DNA of 64,000 bases. Origin: Phallusia mammillata (taxonomy: Eukaryota). Position 1 is the stretch's first letter. Each line of letters starts with the position of its first letter. The position numbers were made by a program, and so were the translations under genes. The DNA is taken from positions 5,332,001 to 5,396,000 of the forward strand of contig OZ281494.1 of assembly GCA_965637545.1 (NCBI GenBank). The letters are read 5' to 3'. Of this stretch, positions 1-11,129 are shown in pieces. The notes under the pieces were generated by a model. That model saw only the letters and a list, made by a program, of their open reading frames with translations. It ran no database searches and was not told where the DNA came from.

Positions 1-478
1 ATGCTGGTTTGGCGCCTGGATCTTCTACTCCACGGTCGTCTCTCCTCTTGCTCTCGTCCTCTTAGCAAACTTCTTGATCATCCTTAAAACGACAGATGTG
101 ATGCTGAATTCGAAGAGGTTGCGGAACAGAAGAAAATATCCAGGGACAAGAGACGCGTTTACAGCAGCAAAGTCTTTCATCTTACTCTTTCTAATGCTCG
201 GCGGAACTTGGGTTTTGGCTTTCTTAACAGGTGATATTCTTGTTTGTAAACTTTATAACCAAAACTGCTTGCGTCGCGATACATGCAATTCAGGTTAGAT
301 TTAAACAACCAAAATTTCTCTTTCAGGATTTGGGAACGAGGTTTCGAACTAGGTGCTCATGTACATCCACAGTTTGGTACACGGATCGCAGGGAATCGTC
401 TTATTCCTGTTGTACTGCGTCATGGATGACGACATCAGACAGGAAATTCTGCCGTGTAAATGTTATGCTGATATCTAG
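1..478 (+). pseudogene. 3' end (TM5-TM7) of an adhesion/secretin-class GPCR with an in-frame TAG at 350-352; 5' part lies outside the window
   Basis: Frame from base 2 reads CWFGAWIFYSTVVSPLALVLLANFLII...LLFLMLGGTWVLAFLT (ECL2 CW motif, TM5, TM6). GT donor at 231 and tttcAG acceptor at 325-326 are phase-matched. Next exon reads GFGNEVSN*VLMYIHSLVHGSQGIVLFLLYCVMDDDIRQEILPCKCYADI* (adhesion-type TM7 QG-x-x-x-F-x-x-x-C motif; final stop 476-478). Confidence 0.7.
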
Positions 479-1833
479 ACTGAGTCGCAGGAAAAAAGGT
501 TGAAATGGGTTTAAAGACTGTATTTATTAAAGCTGTTGTATTTCCTTACTGTTGTCATCTACATTCATTATCAGTTGTGCGCGGTATTGCATCTGTCTCT
601 TATAGCCGCCTTCACCTAATGTCATTAGCTGTTACCTGTATTTTGATGTATAATTTCTACTTTAATATTTTCCCATGTCACTCCGAAACATGGGTAGTTC
701 CTCTTTCCGATCTTCCTTTAATCGACGGTAGAAAGGTAATCAACCTTTTCACCTCTCATGTTACCACATTACATTTTTAAAATCTTACGTTTTTTGACAA
801 TTTGTTTCAAGAACCACTGTACCGATATATTATATATACGCAAGTAAAACGGGTCGGTTTACGTATATGATCCTGTCGGATTTGATTGTTTATTTCAAAC
901 AGACACAACTTTAATTACAATCACAAAGGGGCCTATACTGGCGAGTTATGTTCAAAATACATACTTTTGTACACAAAATGACAATACAGGAACAAAATAA
1001 ATACGGACTTTACGAATGCGTTTCACCTGATATAACTTATTGCATTGTTGTCTGAAATATATTTTTGTTCTTGCTGGCGTGAAAGAGGGTATTCCCCCTA
1101 GATAAACAATTCACTTTTTTGGTTTCAGACACGCGTACAATAAACTTTAGTTACAAATTTATGACAAAGTGTCATCGTTCAAATTGTAATATATAAGTTA
1201 TCTTAAAGGTTGTTATATTTATCTTGCATTCTGCAAACAAAGTTTTGCTTACTGCCATGTCCTCCTATGAACGTGAAATCTTTGTGAACTATGCCGAAAA
1301 AACTTACAACAAAATCAAAATGTGGGTACAGCATTTTAAAAATAGGTATGGCAGTTAATAATAAATGTGTTACTGCAACTTTTATATGATCTGAATGACA
1401 TCATGTTACCAACATTACTACTTCTACCCTCGTAAAGTAATATTACGTAATGTACGAATCACAAGGCAGAGTTGATTGGGTAACGACTTCATAAACAATA
1501 CTCAAATCACTACAGAAACAGGAAGAACAAAATACTGAAAACTTATCTAATAGCGTTATAACTTATTAAGTTGGTTATGAGTTATTTGAATCTAAACTCT
1601 TTGGTTTACCGATCACGCGTAAGTATTATTGAAAATAACATATTGGGGCTCAAGTTTTTTGTTTTGCATCTGTCCAAAAACGAAACTGCTTAAACCAAAC
1701 TGTTTTGGATTTTATTTTGTGAATAAGAAGCTTTCAAGCTCAGTGATGAACCATGATGGCTTTAACGATAGTGGTATTCTTGTACGGATTATAGGCTTCA
1801 TTTCTTGGTTGTTTGATGTGCTCCGTTTGAAGA

Positions 1834-4800
1834 CTAGGAGGGTGGACCTGGGCTTGATGTAGATTGCCACGTTTTTCTAATTCGCTGGTAACCTTTATTG
1901 ATAGCTCGCCACAAAAGTGGGAATGGATTGGTGTAGATAATTGGATTGAGTGAACTGTTGATCGGAAGAAGGACGATTGCGGACACCGCGTAGGCTTCTG
2001 GGGGCAAGATAACCTTGGCCATGCTAAGGAAGGTCATGACGCAGATTGGAAACCAACATATCATGTCGGATGTAATAAGAAATGTGATCTTCCTGTACAT
2101 GGCTTGTGCTTTTCGATGATCTTGTGATGACGTCCCCGAAACTTTGTTCGCTGTAGAACGTCTGTAGATCGTGACGTAGGCCGCTATGATGTAAAGCAGC
2201 GCTACAAAGTTGAACGTGATTACTAATGAGGTCATCCAATTTAAGTCGTTGTGCATTACGCTGATCCGATATAAACGCGGAATACAGACGCCGCTTTCTG
2301 AGTAGTAACCAAAATATCCTTTTACATCCAGACTCACATTAGGAAAATTCGATTTTAAGTAATTCTCAATGTTGTACCAGTTGCCAGGCAAGTTTACCGC
2401 ATTCGCTGCATTGCTTAAGCCCGCCACACGAGGAGTGTATTGCTGAAGATCGGAGAGGTGAATGATGTCAGTTGGCACGAATGCACTTGCCGAAATCCAA
2501 GCCTTGTTTACCATAGAGTTGGCGAGGGCTGGCGCCAAGGGAATCAACGCTATTATTAAAGAAACCGTCCAAACTGCTGCTATCCATGCACCCAACACTC
2601 TCAACCTAATGTACTGGCTGTCGATGGGGCGCAGAACACCAAAGAGGCGATATGATGTGATGACTACTAGAGTAAGAACTGATGCTTGACTGGAAAGAAC
2701 GGTCATCACTCCAACAGCTGCACAGGTGACACTAGTACGCCATGGCTTGTCCACCAAACAGTATTTGCCCTTGAACTCGACAGACTTGTAGGCTATCGTT
2801 AAGAGCACAATGCCCATGAGAAAATCGGCAGCAGAAAGGTTAAGAATTAGAAGATCATTGACCACAGCCACCTTTGAACGACGTTTCGTAGGATTTCGCC
2901 GCTTAAAGATCTTGGCAAGGGTTAAACCGGCAACTGAGATGTTTCCAATTATGGCAAAGTGCATCATGAACCAAATTAAAACCTGAAGAAACTGGGATTT
3001 GATCAAATCCTCGCGGGACGAGATTCCGCCTTCAAAAGTTACATTCTTTGGACATTCGTCGGAGAAATCTGAACAATCTTGTTTTCCGTCCAGAACTTGA
3101 CTGGCGTTTACAAACAGCGGATCACCGTTTTCGCAATAGAAATGCGTCGATTCGTTGCAGTTCTTCTCATCTGATTGATCGACGCAGTCGGTTGGCATGT
3201 TGCCATCGCAACGTTTTGTCAATGCGATGTTTACCACTCGTTTCATACCTAGAAAAATATTTAAAAGTTTTTATTCATTAAATTTCAATAACTCGAAAGA
3301 CGTTTTATCGCTATGAAATTGCTACCTTGAACTGCTGAAGTCAAATTTGGCAACAAGAAAAATGTTCCGTATATGGACTCGGGTCAAAGGTAATTGGTTT
3401 AGGAAATAGCCTTACCACCATTAAAGAGATTGCTGTAATTAGCTATTAGGGTTGTGAAAAGACGAAAAATAAATTGAAACATGCTGACAAATGTCTGAAC
3501 TATTAATAAAATATTGTATGGCCTCATCTAACCCAGTGGATTCAAACCTTGCAGTGGTTGGCAACCGCCAGTCCTCGGCCCGGTAATGGTCCGCGAGGAG
3601 ATCGTTACCGGTCCGTATAATTTTTCAGGTTAAAGGCTATAAAGCATTTTGCCTATGTATCCCGGGGATGATAAACTAATTTGAGCGTTTTTATTGCTAA
3701 ATATTTGTAGTTCTTTTTAAGACCGGTCTGCGATAAAATTTCACTTTCAAAAACGGTCAGCAGTGCAAAAAAGGTTGCCGACCCCTGATTTAAAGTACCC
3801 TTCAAAATCCATAGCCATGTTCACCAATAAAATGTAGAATTCTATGCATTACACAGGGACAAAAAAGAATTGGATCACAAAGTGCAGTTACAAAAACTAC
3901 ACTTAACAACAACACTTACCAATTAACATTAACAACGTTGCCGTTTTTACTACTTAAAGTGTTGAAGTTTGTATGTTTTTTTGCTATTGTCGATTGGTGG
4001 CTGCCACTGTTTAGGTTCTTAAGTCTTGGCCCATGCAATGCACCCCCTTCGATCTCAGTTCAGAAACGGTAATCTAATACTAGGATAGAACGTACCCGTT
4101 GGCCAATTTGTCGTTCCAGCATCGCATTCGAACCTTCGGTCTCCGCAATCGAGCTCATCGGCGCCGTCATCACATTCTTTAACACCGTTGCAGATCGACT
4201 TTCCGAAGGCAAAGTTGATGACACCTTTGCACCGCCGAGCTTTCACCTTGAATGACCCCGACCTCCCGAAAAACTCAGAGGGAAAGTCATGCTACAAAGT
4301 TCGAATATCGCACAGTGTTACAAAGGCTGTGACCACAATATAGGAATTCGTTACAGCTCATGTACTCAATTTTTCTCTCGAGTTCATTACTTTGAAGATT
4401 TCCTCAATTAAAGTTATTACCTGTACCCTCATTTCGCTGACTTTTATTGCCCCCGAAATTATGTCAAATTAACCCACAGTTATGAACATATTTTTAGCCA
4501 CTTTCGTTAAACAACAATCTGTATGAATCATCTCGTAGTTATTTATGATCCTCATTAGTTTTGCACTTTGGAGTATGATGATCGCGCAGTAGACTTGAAC
4601 TGCTCATAAAAACACGAGCAAGTGCCCTTCAAGTTTGCTTGCAGAACAGCTTGGTTCAAAGCAGGGTTTTCACGTCGGTTTAAGTGAAACGGTTCAGTCA
4701 CATTTGTGTCGTAATTTCACTTTAGTAGTGAATCTAATTTTTAGGGATATTTTTTATTCGTTTTGGGGCCCAATTTCGGTCTTTTGGGTTGCAACTCACT

Positions 4801-7800
4801 CTAGAAACAGAGGCTCAAATCAGGTTTATCAAAAAAACTGGTTACAAAGACAGCAAACAAATCAAAAATGGTTGCTAGTAAAATTTCGTTGAAAAGTTAG
4901 GACTAGGATCGTCAACCTACATTTCTCAGAGGAATGCGGTCACAAACAGAAGGTCGATGTTCACATCCAGCTTGAGGGCTGCATTCGTCCTCCATATTCA
5001 AACATTCCGTAATTCCATCGCAGCTGAAAAATGTGTTTTAACTGCACATGACAGTTTCTATGTCTCAAATAACGTTTGGTTTATAGATATGATGGGCTGT
5101 TTCGTCAAGACCTGTATTGATCGCTTGTAGAGTTACGGTCTCATCTACGGTCTTGATACTACAGATTCGCTGTAGGTTACATCTTTAAATAGTAGGGATC
5201 CCTTTAACAATGTGTCATTACTCAAATTGATTAATCAGTACCCTTCTATTTGTATATTACTAAGCGCAGGTGTAAATGGTTGTAGTGTGCGTCATATGGA
5301 CAAAAACAACAGAAAACTGGGATTACCTCTTTGCTTTATCTGGCGCAAAATGTCCAGCAAACGAATCAATTCTTGACAGAGGAACAAAGGATTTGAGTAA
5401 AGGATGCAATGGTTCGCACTTAAAATCCAGTATCTTGGCGGTTTCTTGTACTGCAGTTGGTAACGTGCAAAGTTTCTCGTCTAAGTTTGACAAAGGACAA
5501 TCCGATTTTCCATCGCAAACTTGACTAGAGTTTATGCACTTGTTGTCCATTGGACACCACACTTGTTTGCGTTTGCAGCGATTGCAAGCTTCGTTGTATG
5601 CGTAGCACACGTTACTGCAGAACTCACTAATAGCCTTAGATGCCCTTCCACCTAGGCACAGACATTCGTCCGAAAAGTTCGGGCAATCGAGAACCCCGTC
5701 GCACAACTGCCGACTCGCGATTACCGTTTTCCCGTCGAGGCACGTCGAGCACGTCGATGTGCCGTTAACAATGAAACACAAATCTGAATCGTCGTCGCAA
5801 TTCGCGTAGTTGTCGCGCAGCATCCATTGCGGTATGACGCAATAACGCTTCGCGGTCACGTGATTTCGCGCGCATTTAAAACCCGTCAAACTGTTGATGT
5901 CATCGGTGTTGTTGATGCAATCTGTGAAGGTGTCGCATGAACGGGATCGATGGATACATTTTTCTGGTTGACTGGGACAACGGAACATCCTGGGTTCTCT
6001 GCAGCTCTCAATCTCGTCGCTACAGTCACCGCAGTGATCCATGCCGTCGCACAACAAGGGGTCGGGAATGCATCGCTTGCTGTTGTTGCAACGGAACTCT
6101 CCCTCCGTACAAGTGTCGTTCTTTGTCAACGGAACTTCGTCACTTCCGTCTTTGCAGTTTACCATTGTGTTGCCTCGCCACGAGCGAGGAATACAACGAC
6201 CATTGTCGAGGCATTGGAACTCTTTACCTGGAATGCATTTAAGAGCTTGCTTTTCATCAGAAGCATTGGGGCAATCGTTATATCCATCTAATACTCGATA
6301 TCTTGGCAAGCATCTCCCATTTGACTCGCATCGAAACTCAGTGTCATTGTGACAACTCACGAGAGTTCGTCCTTCGTCACTCCCGTCCTTGCAATCTCGA
6401 TGTCCATCCATCACCCAGTCACGTGGTATGCATCTCGCCCTGTGATTGGTTGTCAGGCCGCAAGTGAACTCTGATCTCAAGCAGTTAGAAAGTCCTATTG
6501 TCTCGTCACTCTTATCAGGTATCAACATCGTGCCACAGTCTTCATTCCCGTCCAACACCATCCAACGTGGAATGCACTTCTTGCTTTTAACGCATTCGTA
6601 TTCTGGAAATATAAATTGGACCTTTAAAGTTTAGAAGTCACACTTGAATAAATGCAACTTGTTTCGAATAAGTTAGACATCTCGCTTAAATTCTTTTAGT
6701 TTCTGTGTAACGATGTAAATTTGATGTTGACATAATGCCCTACTGCACATTAAAATACGTGAGCCTATGTATTCAAACATATTTCTGTTTGTGAATTAAT
6801 CAAGTGGTTGACCTATAGGCAACAATAATTTGACAAATGGATGTCCACTCACAGTAACAGAGCTGTAAGCGGACCTCAAAGCAGGACCCGAAACCGAAAG
6901 GACAAAACAGAACCGAAAGTGTTATAAATCCCGAAACAGATCCGAAAGATATGTTTCTCAAATAAAAGTGCAAAACAACTGTGGCCAGGCCCGTTTCAAG
7001 CCCGTTTTGTTCAAACTGAAACTCCAACCTTTACAACTCTGCGCTGTAAGTATATTTAATAGTGACAACGAGAAATGAAGCTACACACATCATGATATAA
7101 ACTCTAAATACGTATACTATGCATAATTTTAGATGAGTCCAAATATTAACAATTTGCATACACATTACTTAATTATTTTGCAACCATTTTGCGTCACTGT
7201 GTATGTTAAACAGCGCTTTTAGTTTACGAACGTCACGTTTTGCAGTTTCCCGACCTCTCCCAGTTTCGCTGGAACATTAAACGTGTTTCGAAACACGCCC
7301 CAAGAGTCTTTGCTTTGGAAAATTTTTCATGTCATGTATAGAACATGAGTTGCAAAACAAACCACGTGGACGGATGATGTAGGTTAAAAATACTTTGCTC
7401 AAATTCTGAGCTGATTCCCACAGCTTAATTGTGCTTCAAACAGTGCCGAAATTTCGCAAATTGGACAACGTTTCTAGAATGTTCTCTAGTCGTTCTCTAA
7501 CATGCTAAAAAGAGCAAAAAAATGTAAAATTGTGTAGCAGATTTTCTTATTTTGAAAAACTCTTTTCAACAATAAATGTCAATTAGATATTTGATAAAAA
7601 ACAACAACTCTTTTGTGCGCTTCTCAAGATATTGCCCAGTAAAAAGAGCAGTAAATCTTTTAGTAAGTAAGATGGTTCCGTCCTGACGAAAACAGGGATA
7701 TTGTATTTTAAGTAAGTACTATAACATTTTGACAATCCTTAAATCATTAAAACTAAAACGTTTTTGCAAAGATACTTGCCCGTCTACTTGTGTTTCGAGC

Positions 7801-9057
7801 AAATTGTGCACATGCGTGTATTAAAATCGGCTGGAAAGAAAAAAAAAACATCTTATCAAACCAAGTAAATTAAGCTTACCATTGAACCGACAAGGAAGCG
7901 TGATTGTGTCGTGGAGCACACAGCCAAGTATTGTATTCATGTCTTGCCTCAACACACAACGCTTTGTCACTCGACATCGAACTTCATCATCAGAGCACGC
8001 GAGCGGTTCTGAGGCACAGTTTACCGTAAATGAAGGACTTAAGGACTTTACCGTAAATGACGGACTTAAGTTTAAGGAAAAAAATATGATGCTTCACTTT
8101 AGAAGTTTTGGTAGCTGGTTTGTAATTTTACGTGAACAGCACAGAGCATAATGCTCTGAAATAAATCCAGCTGTATATATGGAAGGTCAATTAATGTGTA
8201 GGATACACATCGAATAAATACTTTCACTGTGTAAGTCATTTAGGTACCACTAAGTTGGAGCAAGGCCGTATAAAGTTTTCTTGCTTTTGGAAAAGAGGGT
8301 TAGGTCAAAAATAAAACCACTCACCATGACCTAGTGACCTATTCTCTCCCTTTAAAGTCAGTTAATTTCGGAAGCAATATTTTCCCCCAAAACCTAATAA
8401 TTTCCTGTTTTGCTATGTTGCTTGAATAATTTTGATCACATTAAAGCAAGGAACATCCTGGCTTTTAAGAATCAAAAGATTGGGTCTTTGCTAATTTCAA
8501 AATTATTTCTTTTTAAACGGTTAATATTTCAACTAATTGGCTCACCAATTTTTTCGTCACTTCCATCTGTACAATCTGAGATCGATTGTCTTACTCTTTC
8601 TCTTTTTATGCATTGTTTGAGCGTTTTGCATTTAAAGAAGCCATCTTCTGCTCTACAACCATCGGAAGCAAGTAACCTCCACGACTTGCTCTCAACAGCT
8701 GAAATAAAATCATATACGGCTAGTGTTACAAACTTGGGTCACAGATAGGATTTTAGCATTGGTCAGGGGCCAATTGTTTTAAGTTTATTTCGCTTTTATA
8801 TTTATGAAGGAGCACATAGCGATACAATTGCACTAAAATAAACATTAAGTCGGAAATAGCTGCGCAACGTTGAAACGTTATGGAGCGCAAAACGTGAAGG
8901 GCAGCTGGGCACAATTTGTAGATCATGCCTAAACGCGCTGCAGCTACACTGTATACGTCATGGAGAAAAAAATAGTTTGTCTTTTCTGTAACATGCATAT
9001 ACCTGTTGGTGCGGATAATGTCACCAAAACCAGTAAAAAAACAGAAACATATTCCAT
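1834..9057 (-). CDS. LDLa-repeat rhodopsin-class GPCR A (RXFP/GRL101-like 7TM, no LRR), complete 7-exon model, ~1108 aa
   Basis: Exons 9003-9057 (signal peptide MEYVSVFLLVLVTLSAPT), 8546-8698, 7880-8008, 5327-6602, 4921-5023, 4096-4291, 1834-3248. All junctions are GT-AG with matching phases; total 3327 nt = 1109 codons. Many C-x-DG-x-x-DC-x-DxSDE modules. 7TM motifs NLSAADFLMGI, SDMICWFP, LPINSSLNPIIYT. Confidence 0.9.
3552..3787. mobile_element. hAT-type MITE in the last intron of gene A
   Basis: Imperfect TIRs cagtggttggcaacc (3552) and ggttgccgacccctg (3773-3787), typical of CAGGGGT-type hAT MITEs. No clean 8-bp TSD seen. Confidence 0.55.
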
Positions 9058-11129
9058 TTTCAAGTTACTTAATCTGACCAAAAAGATATCAGATTAGTTG
9101 CCTAAATCAACTGCACGTTAAAAAAAAACATAAGCTCAATACCAGCCTTTAGAAATAACACAAATCACCTCCTAAATAAAAACAAAGTAAAGACTAAATA
9201 AGCAGTACAATATACTGCTACCGACAAAATCTTTGCATTTGTTTTGATGGTTAAAACTCAAACAACGAAAGGCAGATAAGCTATAGGACAATCTGAAACA
9301 ACACAACATTTCGATAAATAGTTAGTCACTTTAAAATAAAAGTTAAAAACAGCCTAAACCTTGACATACCAAACTAAATGCAGCAAAGAGTAGACCGGCG
9401 CAAAAGGCCTGTTTAGTAATAGATTGTCAAAGTTGTAAAATAATTTACTGTATTACCCCCGCCTAAGGTGGTCTCATCTTTCTATGAATACCTATTACAC
9501 TTTACTGAATATACTATTTCTTGTCTATTATGGTTGTCACCAACAAACAAGCTAAATATTACACTGTTTGGCCTTTTCTTCAAACTTTATTTTAGAGTTT
9601 CAATTTATAGTTTTAATTTATCTGTGGCGTGTCTACAGTCAAGTCACGACCAGCTGACGTTAAATTGGAACATCTTGTTGCAATTTCAGGCTGCTATTTT
9701 ACTCATTGCACGACACTGGACGAAAACAATACGGAAACTGACTAACGTCGATGTTTTGTTACGCTTGTATTTGTTTGTGTTTTACAAAATCTTGATGGTT
9801 TGCAGTGATATAGGCGTAGAGCGCATAGTATTAGTAGGTATGTAGGCACAATAAGGTTTTTCAAAGTTTAGGGTTCTAAATGGGGTTTTTCGCCTAAAAT
9901 CAGTCGTCCAATCTCTTGAGTACATGCATGTTTATTTACATATTTCGTACAAAACAAAAACAACAATAAAAGACACAAGAAATTTTAAAGAGATGCAAAG
10001 CGATTTAATAAAACTTGTCTTAAATGCACTGGCTTTCAATGATTACCCAAACTTGGCTAGTATGTGTCATAGAAGTTTACCGAAACCAAAAAATTCCGAG
10101 AGCCATGTTTGGTTGCTTGAGACACGTTTGAAAAGTCGTTGCTCGAAACCAAACAGAAAACAAAACTGATATAACTTTCCAGACTTAGACCAAACAAAAC
10201 ATTGCAAATTACATGAATGACTAAAATACATTTGGAACGTAAGAAGGAAAAAGTGAGACGAAAGGAATGACTATTAACTAATGTTCAGAAATGGTACGTG
10301 TACCTCCTTAAAAGCTCGAAACACCAAAGCAGAGAGGCACGAGGGTGTCAAGTTTAGTTGTTGTGTAGAAATATTTTATAAAAAAGGCATCTATGCTTTG
10401 AACTATTTATCGAGCAACTTTTTTCTTCGGAATGTATCAAAAATGGTGTTTTTTTGATTTGTTATGAATTTCCTCCCATTGCCATAGTTTGATTTACTCG
10501 TGTTGTTCATTGTTGATACGGGGTACAAAGAACTTTCGCGTAAGCTTATAAGATTACGAGCGCTAAGCATGTCAAAGACCACTCTACTGGAGGAATATTT
10601 CTGAAACAAAGCGAGCATGGAATTGCCTAAAAAACACGAGCATAAAACATCACTGAAGAATATCAGTTTAAATTTTTACAATTGCTGTTGCATGACATGG
10701 AAAACATGCATGGGAGTTTATAGTTGGAACGTAGAACTACAGACCAAAGTGCATTTAATCACAACAATTCACATAATTGCGGTTTGTGAGACAAAATCAT
10801 ATTTTGGTGTCTTAGTTAATTTTTAACTGTATTTACTTTAAAGAAAAGACACGTCAAGTTTCGATGTACATGTAAAAGTTATCAGCTGGGTGCAAACGAC
10901 AATCATACAATATATCCAATTTATATCATAAACAACAAAATCACACAAAAGCAATTATTGTTCCTCTGACAGTGAGTGATTTGTATTTCACACAAATATC
11001 TGTCATGTCGTCATCACACGCGTAATCACGTCTTTGTCAAACCGATTTGCTCAGAAATTTAGATTGCAAAAATGATGTTTTTGAAACTCACAGCAGAGCT
11101 ATAATAGATCATGATCATTAAATGGGCTT

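Noticed and set aside
5937-6352. Recurring + strand Cys-rich ORFs (also at ~31589-31950, 40893-41458, 50323-50949, 59767-60104)
   Set aside because: They are antisense shadows of the minus-strand LDLa exons and recur only because those exons are duplicated.
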